Part shown: piece after piece, positions 31,029-46,000 of the stretch
Layout of the letters: each line of letters begins with the position of its first letter
Position numbering within the stretch: the first letter of the stretch is position 1
From: Trichoplax sp. H2
Taxonomy: Eukaryota
Direction of reading: 5' to 3'
Assembly (NCBI GenBank): GCA_003344405.1
Contig: NOWV01000011.1
Location: 496,001-560,000 of the forward strand
DNA: 64,000 nucleotides
Notes under the pieces: model-generated
Databases searched by the model: none
Told to the model about the DNA's origin: nothing
Seen by the model: the letters and a program-made list of their open reading frames with translations, nothing else
Position numbers and translations under genes: made by a program

Positions 31029-31668
31029 ATTTATTTTCTTTCCCGCCAGCTCTGTTGTGGTTTGTTGCGTACGGGGACTTGTAAGTTCTAGTGGCCCGCA
31101 ACACGAAGTCCCTAGCGCTGTCCGTCCAGTACTACAGTACCGTATTGTAGCCTTTACAGTGCACAGTACGATGTACTGCACTGTGATGTACTGTGCACTG
31201 TAGACTAGGGTCTGGACCAGACCGAACCAGACCATACAGCGAAGACTGTAGATACTGTACGATTAGACCTGTCATACGATCAATACAACTCATACAGTAC
31301 ATGTTTGAGAGTCGTGCAGCACTGTTAGTATGAGTCATCGTGTACAGTACTGTACAGTACTGTAGCACTGACTGTCAAGACTACTGTACTGTACACTGTA
31401 CACGATGACTCATACAGTACTAACACTCATACAGTACAGTATATGTATGAGTCGTATGATCCTACTGTACTCTTCGCTTTCTGGTCTGGTTCGGTCTGGT
31501 CCGGACCCTAGTCTACAATGTACAGTGTACAGTACCATGACTGTCGGATTTTTGTACTGTACCGTACTGTACTGTACTGTACTGTACTGAAGGCTGAAGC
31601 CTATCTGGGTGACTCCAAGACACTCTTGATCTACGGGTAGTAAACACAGCCGAGAGTGCTTCAACAAA
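31029..31668. promoter_or_regulatory. RFC4/Ric8 bidirectional promoter (640 bp between ATGs) containing an inverted repeat and CAGTA arrays
   Basis: Head-to-head ATGs at 31028 (-) and 31669 (+). Inverted repeat arms at 31199-31245 and 31471-31517; (TACTG)n run at about 31553-31589. Confidence 0.75.
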
Positions 31669-34600
31669 ATGGAATCTACCACCGATGTGATACAACCGAT
31701 ATCAACCAAGCAAAAGATTGAAAAATGTATCCAAGTATTGAAAGACAAAAATTTTGGAGACTGCCAGGCTTTACTAGAGGACATATGTGATAAGGTATAT
31801 TGCATTCTTTGTAAATTGATCGTAATCTTCATCGATAGGACGTGAAAATGAAAAATTATCGCAGTTGTCTTGAATGGTCCTAGTAGTGTCCGTATAGACT
31901 TTTCTATTGAGTGGAGAATAAAGTCGATTGTACGAGGATATACCGTAGGCACAATAGTATACGATGCATGATATCATACAGTAGCCTATCAATGATCGCA
32001 CTGGATGATACGATACCTTGACTAGACAAGTCATCAATGAAAAGATTGCGACTATCAAGGAAATTCATCAACTTTATCCATTCCTACTCTTCCTCTACAG
32101 TACTATATCGACACATAACATGATAGGAGACAGGATTGAAATAGCGGATCTGCAACTACATACTGACTTATTTCAAGCTGTAATTGATGGTCATTTTTGC
32201 ATCCTTTTTCTTCTATTAGCTAGATAAGCAATTCACTTTTGATCAAGTGACAGGAAAACTTTATCAGGTAAATTGATTCATCATGTTGTTATGAACTGTA
32301 AATAATTCTAAGCAAATCGATCAACACTTTAATCATATTAAATACACAAAAACATGATGAAGATAGATACTGTGTTATACAATCAATGTATTGCTCTAAA
32401 AATTTTCAAGATCGTCGTCATTTTCTTCCATACTTCAATGTAATCAATCATATTGATGCAGTACAATATAGCACTACAGTAGCCATTGTAAGATGTCATG
32501 TTGTCATGAAACTATAAATTGACCAATATGTATATATATCTATCTATTCCTTTCTTCTATTATCCACTACAGTAATATTGGGCTGATTTAGCTTTGCATT
32601 ATACGGGAATACTTGTAATACAGAGCATGCGATCATCACGGTTAGTTTAGAGAATAGAAATAGATGTATATTTCATTTCTTGAAGTTAAACCTATTGTAA
32701 GCGTACACCATTCGCTGTGTATTCGTCACTCAATGAGGTCCCGAATGACAAGGTATTCTAAGATGGACTCGTACATGTATTAGTATCATGCCGTACATAG
32801 TACAATCGATTCAAGGTAATGGCATGCTATTCCTAGTCAACTGTATTTCGTGGATTGTATTCATGATAAATGACAAAAATATTAGAAGATGTACTCTCTC
32901 GCATATCGTACGTATATATTAACATACTACGATAGGCAGTGATCGCACTCGATTCACTATGAGGTTTACTCCGTTCATCGGCTGATTGTAATCATGATGG
33001 TGTAGTTTAACACGCGTACATGATTCTCTTGATTACTCTTACCCAACAAGGTACGGATTGGATAGTATTACTATTATAACATACTAGGATATACATGTTA
33101 GAATGTTACCATAGACAGTACACTCTCATTCAAAGTAATAGGCTTCTATACTCATCGACTTTACCCTTGAATTGTAATCATGTAGCGTAGCTTAATATAC
33201 GGTTGCACATCATATTCTTAATGACTCACTTAATAAGGTACTGAATGGCAGAGATATTATAAGATCTTTACCTCGAGGCATTATAATTTTACGTTAGACA
33301 GTAGACTATATTCACTCTTGATCGCATTCTACACTAGTTAACTTTGTACCCTTGATTGTAATGATCATAATAGACAGTAATCTACAGTCACAATGGCTGA
33401 GATCATATCCTTCTTACCACTACGGACAACAGACACAAACGTTATGCATTATTACTTGGCTATTATATTTATTATTTATAGATAAATATAAAATAGACAT
33501 ATGTAAACTTGACTACATATTACAGTATAATGTAGTCCTAAGCACAATCTACTGTAGTGGGCTATAAAATGGCATCATTATCATGATACCAAATATAATT
33601 TATCGCCTTTGCATTAATTAATTAATTAATAAAAGATAGTAGTCGGTAATACATACACGACTTCTATATTCTTACCTATTGTATTCATCATCGAATACAC
33701 TAATTTTCGGGCTCTTCTAAATTTTTAATATTATCCAAATGCTATTACCATGTTATCTTTTTTTTCGCCAGATTTATCGATCATGAGTATACAATGAGTA
33801 CAGTAAACAAACTATCAATGTAGTAAGCAGGCTCCTGTTTATCTTGACTATTGCACTTGATGGGGTATTATATATTTATCACACCGTTTAGTGCTTGCAT
33901 CGCTATGTTATGCTTTTAAAAATGAATTTAATCTTAAACTTACTATTTCTGTGCAAATTAGAACTATTAACATTATTTAGTATATGGTACTTTTTAACCT
34001 TGACTACAATGTCATACTATAACATCATTATTACAGTAATAATCTATAATGATTGCTCTACAAGACGTAAAAAGTATCAAACATATGCAACCTTTTGCGA
34101 CTCGATATACATGGATACCTAATAATAAGATTATAAAGTTGGCTTAAGTAACTATTCAGGCAAAAAATTAAACGATACCTTACCACATCAACTAATTTTC
34201 AGCCGTAACAATTTTTGCAATCGAGTGCTTCTATCAGATTCAATCAAAATATCATGACGATTACTGTATTAATCTACTGTAATCTTTGAAAGTTGATCTC
34301 GACATTTATTAATTATTATCAGCTATTTATTTACAATGGTATCATTTCGATATCTGATAAATGAAACTCAAGTGTGTGATCACGTATGTGTTAATGATTC
34401 ATTAATTTAGCTTAAGTCGCTAAATAATGAAATGTTTAATTTTTAAATTGTAGGATCTGGTTATAACGCTATGTAAGGAATTAACAGCCAGCAATGACCA
34501 TAACGAAATCTCGTTAACGTTACGTCGTCTGATGCTAAGCACACTACGTATATTTAGCCGTGATAGAAGTGTGGCCATGAAGTTTAGTGATGAGACCGTT

Positions 34601-37553
34601 ATCAGTATGCTTATACAACAAATTGGATATCATACAGTAGCAGAAGATAATGTTAACACACCCTTGGACAGCAATAATGAACTAGACAACAGCGGAGCAA
34701 CAACTTCAGAAGAGCCAAATCATGCTGGCATTAGCGACGATCAAATTCAGGGTATGTGAAAGTTCTTTTATTTAGCGATTAGAACTATCACTAACTCGGA
34801 ATCATATTTCTTGCATTATCGAAAATTGTCAGCAGTAGCTAAATTGCAAAAAATAATTTTCTTAGACTAATGGCTAATGGCTACTGCTATTTTTTTACAG
34901 TTATTATAGAAGCTCAGAAGTGTCTATGCAATCTCATTTATCAAAATGCTAGTGCACGAGCTGCATTTCAGTAAGAGTCTAACTACCTATTTTGTTGCTG
35001 TATTCAGTACCGCTTTATTTTTTTAATCTAATTTATGTTTTAAATTAATAAATTTTATACAAGGGCAAGAAATGGGTTGGAAGGCATCTGTAATCATGTA
35101 CATCAACATGACAAGTTCCCTTATGCTGTGAAAGTAATAAACTTATTATTAAGTCAATGATGATACGATAATCAATTACTCATTGTTTGCTATAATTACT
35201 TTTTCTTTCCTAAATCAGCTATATGATCTTCGTTTATTATTCTTATTATCTGCTCTCCCTCCTCTACAGAGGTAAACTTTTTTACGATGTTGGTTCATAC
35301 ACGTGTAGATATAACTACTGTATATATATCCAACCGTTACAATAGGCAAATCTGTCTAAAAATACTTCACATGATTTTTAGGAGTACGCTATTAGAGAAG
35401 TACCAAGGGTTGAAGTTAATAATTAATCAAATCTTGCGCTACATAAGTGAAGATGCAGGCGTGAAGAACGATAACCCAGTGGATCATGATCAACAACAAG
35501 ATGTAGCCAATGCATATACAAGGTTTGTTCTCGGATACTTTAAGAGATGCTTAGTACATTATTTAGATACTGTAACCAAATCCGAGTGTACAGCATGCAT
35601 TTATAAAATCGTTAGCAATTGCGAATGGACTAGCTCATTATATATCTCTTCACTAGGAGCAAGATCCCGCTTAGTGACGATTGTATGTCCTTGGTCTCTG
35701 AAAGTTTACGAATACTGTTCAATATTACTTTAGAATTGCAAAACCAAACATGTAACGAGGTGAAAATTGTTGTAACTAGCTGTAGTTCATCATATTTCAT
35801 AAGATCATGATGATATTTTCATTGTATTTGAACCTGATAGTACTAATCTTTGCTATACTTTGAAAACTGCAGGAAGATCTCAAACAAATAGCTAAGCTTG
35901 TTGAGACTGTTCGAAAGTACATTATACATATATTAACAGACCTCCCTGTTGTATCAGTCCTCCAAAAGTATGCCTTTTAGGTTTATTAAGATATTTCGTT
36001 ATTAAAACATGTTATTTCTTTAAATGTAATCTAAACGTAAATATTATAATTTTATATAGAGATATTGTGAACATATTTGTCAACATACCTCCAAAACTAT
36101 TATCAGAGCTGCTAATATTACCATTAAACGGTGATGAGGATAACAATGAATACGAAATTAAGGAAACTGTTGCTTTCTGCAATCGTAATATGATAGTTGT
36201 TCAAGGCCTCTTGGATTTCCTCCATAGTCGGCTTCCAAACGTTGTAAGAACTCTAAACATGGAAGATACTTATAGCAAAAAGTTGCTTTTATAATTTTCA
36301 AATATTTGTCTGAATAACATGCGTAAATTTTTGATTGATTTACCGTATTTACGATTTAACTAATTAGGAATTGTTGTCGCAGCAATCAAGAGATTCTTTA
36401 AAGCCAATTCTAACCTTGTTATGTTCACTGTCTCGTGCCGATAGCCATATACGGAAGTACCTGAAATTAAAGGTTAATTAAAGCTTATGCATTCGGTTTA
36501 TTGAAATAACAGTAGTAATAATAAAAATAATCGTAACTTACAGTCTATTGACTGCGTAGTTATATTTATATTATTTAGGTACTCCCGCCCAGAAAAGATT
36601 TTACTAAGCGTCCTGAAGAAGGCAATTCATTAGAAAGCCGGTTTGCGTTGATTAATATATTTAATTGGGAAGCAATTTATTATCATTATTGTTTCTCTAT
36701 TTTAATATCTATGACTAATGCCTGGATTAAATTTACTGTATTTGTGCAAAGTAAAGATTTCTCAAGTATGAAATTTGCCATATCGTAATTATTGTAGATT
36801 AATTGCGTTACTGACATCTCCTTGGGATATCAAAAATTTGGTTGAAGATTTCTTATTTGTTTTATGCAAAGAAAATGGTAGACGCTTCAGTGTTGTTTTA
36901 AGAAAATTTAATATTTCACGGATACCTAAATTTCAGTTTTTGTCGCAATTAACCGACTCTAATTAAATATTTCTCCTTTCTTCAGCTGATCGCTTCATCA
37001 AACATACTGGTTATGGTAATGCAGCTGGAATGCTGCTCTCACGTGGTCTACTTGCCGGTAATCAAACTGTCGAAACGGTCAATTACTCGTCAGATGACAC
37101 CGATAGTGACACCGAAGAATACAAGGAACAACATGATAAGTTAGTATCTCTCGATTCCCTGAGCTGTTTTCATTGATTTTACGTGATATCTTGTATGCTA
37201 CCAACAGTAATAATTTGTTTCAACTGTAGGATTGATCCAGTTACTGGTGCTATTAAAGCAGATAATCAAAACATATTTGAAGGAATGACAGAGGAAGAAA
37301 TTGAGAAAGAAGCAGAGCATCTATTCACACTGTTTAAGAAGCTAAATGAGTAAGCGTGTTGCACCGGATTTATTTAATATCACATTGATAAGAAGGTATG
37401 CTCGTAGGAGACATTTACTGAATTATATTTATTTTTACTTGTAGCCACGGAATTATACGACCGGTTGATAGATCTGGACAACCTATTAATCTACCTGACC
37501 CCAGTATATTTAAGAAAACCGAAAACGAGGATTCGGATCAATCTGATAGCTAG
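31669..37553 (+). CDS. RIC8: Ric8/synembryn G-alpha GEF and chaperone, multi-exon
   Basis: Spliced peptides [124 protein letters not shown] match Ric8 motifs in order. The start ATG is the least certain part. Confidence 0.92.
32940..33370. repeat. Degenerate tandem repeat of about 185 bp (2-3 copies) in Ric8 intron 2
   Basis: ATTGTAAT anchors at 32985, 33171 and 33355 with similar flanks (TACCCTTGA, AAGGTAC, TAGACAGTA). Confidence 0.6.
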
Positions 37554-40054
37554 AAGCATGATGTAGCAGAGTCTATCTATTAATAAATAGAATGATTCTA
37601 TTTTAAGGTTGTACAGTATAAAAATGCTTTGTAATCTAAACAATTTCCTCTAAGTAACTGATTTTCAGTTTATGGATAACAATGCGCAAGAAATTGTACA
37701 GTGTCGTTAATATAGTTTATGATCGTGAATGGCTATGTATATAGTGGCATAAATGATCATTTTACCCAAATTTTAACTTCATCCTCTAGCTAATGCAGGG
37801 ATTTTTCGATATTCTGGTACTATTTCCCAACTTTACAGTGTATCTTCTAAATCAGATAACCGGTAATACTAGAAAAACTGTTTTAAGATTGAGTGAAGAT
37901 ATTAATACTCAAAAGATCTAAATTTTAGTCTCTTTACGTTTCAAACGTGAAATATCTAGCGATAAGTAATGATAATATTCTTAGAGATTGTAACTACTAT
38001 CATATTGCACGCATATTGGCATACACGTAATTGTTTATTATTGTGCACAAGGGCGACTGCTGCCTGAATACTGGCATTTGGTACAGTATTACAGAGCTTC
38101 ATTCTGGTTTAGGGTTTCTTTGATAGAGTGGATAAGCTAAGCAATTGTCTTAATTATGTCAAAGTTTTAATCAAAATAAAACATTAGATGCTGTTTGCAT
38201 TGGTATTGCCATATTTAAGCTAAGTGACGTATACTTCTAACCCCAGAATAAATACAATTCAATTGGTGCACACTGCAAATTTGAGCTATTTTACGTAGAT
38301 TTGTTCAATACCATACTTTAGTCAAATTCTACATCGTAAATGGACTGTTAGGTAGTTGTCAAGAAGCGAAGAATATGGTGCGGTGGTATAAAGTAAAAAT
38401 ACATAAAGACATGGTCCAAACTAAGAATAAATTTGGGCTGTATGGATATGCAAGTGCTACATACTCTCGATTCTTGTGAAAGCTAAATAAATAAGATCTC
38501 GATGTCAATTTTTCTGCACTCTATCAATTTGATATTACTCCAAGTTAAAACTTGCAAGCTAATTAATTCTATATTACACATTCGGCTGTATGATAGGATA
38601 CAATAGCTTCGCTGCTTGCTATCTGCGTTTTCAAAATTGTTGCTTGATTGAAATAGGTTTCTAGAACTTGAATCAATTTCAGTCCAGTACTGAAAGATTC
38701 AAGTTTTCGCTAATTATATTCGATAGTTTCTTATTATAACTTATGCGGGTAGCTGATGCTCTCACTTCGTTAAAAATATAAAGCAGTATCTATATCGCGA
38801 TTATACTGATAGACTGGTAACGTCAACGCTATTACCACATATGGTGTAATTAAGAGCGCCACTTTAAAAGTTAATATGCCGCCATGTACTAGTATTGATA
38901 TAGCTTTCATATTACTCCTTAGAGTATATCACAACAATAACATATAGCTGTTTTATTTTTATCAGTAATTTAGTTCTTAAATGTATCGAGGATATATAGA
39001 ATTACTACTATATACCATTTTTATTTTAATTTATGCTTCAATGCGCAATTGCATTGTTGGTATATGCTTCTAAAAAATTTGCACGATATCCATTACGATA
39101 ATTGTAAAGTACTGTATAGAGCTATGAGAAGGATAAAATACTGAGTATGAGATGTACATTGTTATATTATCGTAGCTTATCCTCTGTTCGTCTAACTTGA
39201 TATGGCCACAGGCAACTATGATATCTCTGCTATTAAATTGGCTTATTCCACGTATCTTTATTTCACTGTTTCACACTAATTTAATCTTTTGTACAAAAAT
39301 TCCTTTATTTACTTAACTAGAACATAGTATATCATACATCCGATCTTCAATCCAATTTTTAGATTGTAGACTACATCTCTTACTGTAGGAATAGCTATTA
39401 CAAAGTCATGTCGAATTTTTATTCTTTTTAGACAATACTGCATCTTTTTATATTGTTTTCTATTTCAATCAAAGGAAGTTTTTTCCAGAACGTTTTATAA
39501 TTCATATGTTGTTTCTTTCAATTCAGATGCAATGTACCATTATTAATAGGAGTAGCCTTTATTCTAACTATTATTGTCGCCATTAGACTACATTCTTAAC
39601 ATTACAGTATGCACATAAATAAGTATAAGACAATAAATTATGAAAAAATATAATATTTGCTATTGTTATGAGTATGTTCGGATTCATAAAATTACCCTAC
39701 CTTATGACGAAAGGACATTATTGCCATAGTAACTGTCAATTCTCAGTCAGATAATGTTGATTCATAACATTCAAGAGGAATGCAAGAACAAGAGTGATTT
39801 TATGTTAATTTTATATGAGAATTAACTTGGTAAAGTTTGACGTAGCTGGCGGAGAACAATAACAGCAGGATAGTTTAGTTTAATAGAGGATTTTACGTAG
39901 TGTTAACATCTTTTTCTATCTGTGTAATCTGGAATGAATTCAAGTTCAACCGATTTGCAGAATCATTATTGTGAATTGTTTTCTAGGAAAGTGATTAGTG
40001 CGATTATCCCAAAAAAGTAACCTTATAATTATTGGTGGTGTAAATTAACTAATC

Positions 40055-43000
40055 ATGGCCAAGTCCGTCTGCTTGGGTGATGTTGTGAGCATCTATTCTG
40101 AGGAGAGGCAAGGTTATGCCTTTGCCGTCGAATCAAGGTAATTCCTTTTATCAATGAATTTTGGCAAATTGATTAATATTACTCTATATTGATTTGACAT
40201 ATTACTTCAATAGCTTATCAAATAATATCTGGCCAAATTTTATTCATGAGTTAGACACGATTCAACTAACTTATTTTAAGTAAAATTTATAACCACATTG
40301 ATCCATAGCCACAATGCTACCTAGAATGGGATAGCATAAAGTTGGAAATGTGCGATAACTTCTTTTTCGACAATAATAGGTTTACACGATCATTTTAGAA
40401 AGTGTTAACTAACATATTCGTAGTGACTGATAGTAATCATAGTGTATAGTAGTTAAAATTGACTTTTTGTCGTACTGTTTACTTACTACGCTGATAGGGC
40501 CTTTCACAGATAGTTTTAGGCATACATGACTGCAAAGATTCCGTTTAACTGAGATTGTAAGATGTGTACTCGATCTTTCTGTAACAGTATCATCATGATC
40601 AATTCACTGTAAGAAACGAAGTCTTAGTAGGATAATCTTTGGTATATCATAATACGTTGGTGGATAGGAAAGAATAGATTATTGAACGTAATAAAAAGTG
40701 TTGATTTGAAGATGAGCTTCGTCAAAGCTCACAGCATGATTCCTAAGCAACCATACCCCTGTTAGCCTACTACAACATAACAATCTATTTATAAAAGTTC
40801 AAATCTTATTTTTAGATAATGATGATACTTTAAATATAGTAGGATAACCTTTTGAAGGAGAGATTTCGAACTGATGAATGATTGCAAAGATACAAACTCA
40901 AGTCAAGCTATGCTTAATTATTAAGTAACTTTTGCTTAAAGTAGAGGGACGAGGCTAGATTGAATCGAAATAAGTTTCTGAAACAGGCCTGCTAATAAAT
41001 AGCCAGTAAAATAAGCCTTCTTGTCGACTTAAAACGAGATCGATAGTCTATTGTAATAAAGGTGACATAGTAAAGGAAGTAGAAACAATTCTCTGTTGCA
41101 AAAATAGACGACATGGCTTATGTAGCATAGGCGTGCATGCACATTATCGGTACTTTTTCAAATGGCGAAAGACCCGCTTACCAATTACACTACATGATTT
41201 CAAAATTATCCTAAATTGATCTGTGAAAAGATACTTATTCTTAATTAATGATTATTATTTCAGCAATTTCACGAATAATAAGCCTAATGTAACGAGTAAG
41301 GAGATTTTTGTTACGCAATCACATATCCATTAAGATTTATAACTTCTAAATTCGCCGCACGTTGATGAACAGAATATATATTCGAATCTCGTCCGATTTA
41401 TAATGACGATATGGATAATTTTACGGATGATTTTGTTACAGACCAAGAGATTATACTAGACAGTCTCTTTTCGTTAATATTTATAATTGAAAAAATGAAT
41501 AGTTTCAGAAAATACTAAGAAATTACAGTGATAAGGGAGTGCTTATAGTCCTTTTAATATCATGATTATGTCATTACAGTGGTATTTCTGTCTGACATTA
41601 AGAAATCTCACCGGTAGCGATTAATATTATCCGGTAGCGTGTTTTTATCGGATATGCTTATTATATTTCTATTTGTTACTAGTTCGGCTTATGCCGGGGT
41701 TTGTATAGGGTCCAACCAGGATCGGCTAAATCCTCAGCTGCCCAATTCGCAAGGTAAGTTAAAGTCAGATATTTACACCGGTATAAACATTGCTTACCAT
41801 ATTTTCATTCGAGCCTACCGAATAAAACTCGTTCGATATTTTGGATTGAGGAATTCATGATGGCATTAATGATATTTGTTTTTCTACGAGCATGATTTAA
41901 TATTTGAATTGGAAATGATCTTTCCTATTTTTACTCTTTAGTCGCTCAATTTGTGATATGCACCCAAAATCGGTACAAAAATAACAAGAAATATCGGAAA
42001 GCTGTAGAAGCTAGCAGGTACAATGTGGTTATCAAGTTAACAGTAATAGTACTGTAGTTTCTCTATTTTACTTGTGATACTTGTCTCCAAAAAGCTGCTG
42101 TCTATATGATTTAAACTTTAATTTAGCCAGTAAACTATTCACCATTCAGTAGGCTCTATGTTAGGATTAACTGCATAATATCTATATATTTGTCGTAGAC
42201 GTATTTCATGGTCTCTTTAACTATACTTTGTCATCATTAATCATTATCTAAAATAGTACCCCTAATAATAATTGCATCTATATTCTAATTCGTTAAATTG
42301 TTAGTAATCTGATTCTTGCTTAAGCAAATTTTTGTCGAATGTTTTTTCCCACACAGAATGAGATTACGCTACCTATACTTATTTAGAGTTTTAATTTTAA
42401 TCTAGTCCTACAAATCATACTATTACTAACCATCCATTTATCTTTTACTGTCAAGAATAAAAACCAATAATTGACATTTTCCCTTATATTAACGTAATTC
42501 TGTTTTAATATTCTTACTCTAGTCGTAATCCCGGTGATCTGTCGGCGAGGTTCCAGGTTTCAACGCTTAAGGTGAATAAGATTTTCACGTCACTATTTAG
42601 ATGAGTGCTGTGTATAAAAATACACCACCATCGGTATGATATCTAGATAGGTTTTATTACTTTCCTATAAATTAATATTACTCTTAATATCGAATAGAAA
42701 TTAGCCGACGCTGAGGCAATGGATAATAGCCAGGAGCAAAAGCGACAGACTGGCAGGCAACTAACCTATGGGCAAGTTGTTCAGGTATATCATTTACAGC
42801 TCATTTGAACAGTCCGCCTATCGCAATTTCCCTCATGACTAAATCAATATACTTCTAACTACTAACGTTGATTTATTTACTTTGCAATCGGAACTAGCTG
42901 AAACATGTTTTCACTAATAAGTACATTAGTGCTAGCTCAACACATACTTCTCAAACCGAAACAAGCAACATGTTGGTAAGTTTGTAAGCACAAGCCAGAT

Positions 43001-46000
43001 TCTATTTCTGATTCTAGCTGTAGCAGCAACGATAATAACTGTTTCTAAATCTGTAGCTGTAAAAGTAATGATAACATTTCAGTTAATTAGCTAACCATAT
43101 AGGATCGATTAAGTTCGATTAACTTTATCTGTAATAAATTAACTGATAAACTACTTATATACTAATTTATGATTGCATCGTTTAGAGACCTAACTAAACA
43201 ATTTCTCGCCTAACTTTATTAGGTTCAACTATCTGAATATGAGGCTAAGCATTGTCAATTTCGAGTGATGCCAAGATATAAAGTCAAATCTGAAGGCGAT
43301 ATTGTATGTTTAACTAGTTTCATAGCCAGAATAATTTGGATACTAGATAGATACAGTATTGGAATGTACAGTATATTGGTCAAGATAATCTGTCACTAAA
43401 ACGGACAGGATTGATTTCTGATAGATCCATGAAGGTGACCAAATTGTCCTTGAAAGTGTTAAATCTGCAGGTCAGTATTTGCACTGCAGCCAAAGGCGCT
43501 TTGGAAGTTTAGGGGCCCAAGAGGACAGGTAAAACAAGATATATAAATAGTTTACTACAGTAAATTGCGAAATATTTAGCCTTGGTTATGATATTAAGAT
43601 GTGTTGAGATACGGTTATAATACCTAGATTTGTAAAATCGTCAATATATCCAATTTAATTAGTTACCAATGCGCAACTGAATGCGAAACTAAATTAAAGC
43701 CGATATGTTACGAGTAATAAAATCTATCCTATTCCATAACTCTACACTAGCTCTCTCTGGCTTAGCTTACACTGCCTAAATAAATATTATTTATTTACGT
43801 ATTCATATTCAAGTGCAAATCACTAATTTAAGACAATGAAGCTTCGGAATTGATGATAGTTTACTTTTGTAGTTAATAATTTTCCTTAATAATAACGTTA
43901 GTCATTACATCAGCAATAACTACTATACATGTATATGTAAATATAAGATGAATGAGTTATTTTATGGTACTAGCAAATATCCTAAATAGATCATGATATT
44001 GAAAGAGTCCATCACGTCTGACATTGAGGAGCCTGTCATAATTAAGAATGAAAATAATCGATTTTTATTTTGAAAATGTTTAGCTACGAAATGAACTTAT
44101 CAGTCCGATTGTCTGGTTTTACAATCTATTCTAACCAAAAACCAGAGGCCAAGGGAGAGGAATTTCTGAAGGTTATTAGCTAAAATTTTAATTGCTCAGG
44201 TTGCATGAAAAGACTGTTGTATATAATACGTGAGCATTTCTAAAGGTGTTGATGATTCTTTCAAATTTTATTAGGGAGTTTCCGTTGTTCGTTTATTCCA
44301 TAGAGAGTTGGAAGCTTATGTTACAGCTGAAGGATTGTTCGATGATCGAGTAACAGAGACAGGTGAGATGGAAGGCGACAAAATTAAGCGTACATCATTG
44401 CTCTTAACCTTTGTATAACTTAGTACAGATCTGTTAACGCAAAAATACTCCTAGAATACTAGGATACTTGCTTAATGATATTTCATTAGCAAGAAGAGCA
44501 TGTAAGATTCATTAACTTAAATATCCTAGAATGGTATGCAAAAATACTATCTTCAATTAGTTGAAGAACTCTATTGATCGCTAGTTAGCTTGACAAGCTT
44601 ATTCGATTTCACTTTGTATTCTATCTTATCTTGCTCTTGTTGTCAGAGAAGCCTCTAAAAATATATTTAGAAATGTAGACGTACCGATTTCCATCTCAAT
44701 AAGGTTACTTATGCATACAATTAAACTGATTAGTTCATCTACGAGTTCGGCCTGTGGACCCTAGCAGACCAAAGTCTCTTAATCCTACATCATCTGCTAT
44801 AACTTATTGGCAAATTGAATTACTGGATGAGCCTATGAAAGGTAATTTGTCTAGATCCCATTTAATCACCTCACTTTAAACTATTTTATGGTTATATTTT
44901 CGAGATTTATTTGAATTGAAATATTTTAACCTTGGTCATAAGTTGGAGCTTTTATTAGATCGACTACAGGCATAAAATATGGCTCAATCTTAGCAACAAG
45001 TAATGAGTTCGATTAATGACTTACCCTTTCTAAATTACTTTATTCTATAGGAAGCATAATAAATTGGGGCGATCAGTGTCGTCTTAGACATATGGTAACG
45101 AGGAAATATCTAATTGTTCAGCCAGTTGAACAATCTTACGTAGTAAGTGAACAATATTCATATCGTTGTCATTTATAGTTAATTTATCGTAGAATAAAGG
45201 AGTTATAATTCAGAGTCTACCACAATGATTATGTGTACTTACTCCTCAATTAGTATTAATATTTTGGATGTTGTTTTAGATTGATTTAACGGATGATAAT
45301 AAAGATCCACTGACAGTATTCCGCCTCCATTCGTTATTTGAAGTACATATACTTGGATATAGCTTATGAAATATTTTAACTTACCGATTCAATTTTCTTG
45401 TGATCTATTTAGCCATGAGACTAACAACATTAATGCTTTTATTGACCTATGTAGGAAAATGCAGAGATTACCTACGAAAGCTATTGCAGAATTGAACATT
45501 CGCTAACTGGGCAATGGTTGCACGCTTTGCAAGGTCTACAGTCATGAAAGAATATCTTAAATTAATTCTTAAATTATGATAATCGCATTCTCGAAATAGT
45601 GATAGCTTACTCTAAGAACGATGAGATTTCTATCGTATCATTGATCTTGAGAGTTGATTACTCGTCTTTCCATTTGGTACGCTTGCTAAAGTTTCATGGG
45701 TTTTTGAAGGCCAATTATAATCAACATAAATTGAAATTTTAGCAAGTGACGATATTTTATCATTACTAGACAGTCACTATTCTAATATCTATTCTTAATC
45801 TTGAATATTTCCAGGGACATATTATAGGAAGTCAGGTGCAAGACCCGGAACTGCCGAGAGTAGAACATTAAAGGGTTTAGCTTATGATGGAGGCCAACTA
45901 AAGAAGGTAATAAGCTTCTAGAACACTGCTATTTATTTATTGATATAATATAGTATATATCTTGAAGATAGGAAAATAGTATTAGACATCATAGTTATCA

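Noticed and set aside
31410-32058. 180-aa and 94-aa minus-strand ORFs
   Set aside because: Antisense to Ric8 exon 1 and intron 1 and running into promoter repeats; not protein-like.
35568-35610. Extra Ric8 exon suggested by ORF 35287-35733
   Set aside because: It would introduce an in-frame stop; splicing 35522->35658 restores the conserved LRILFNIT motif.
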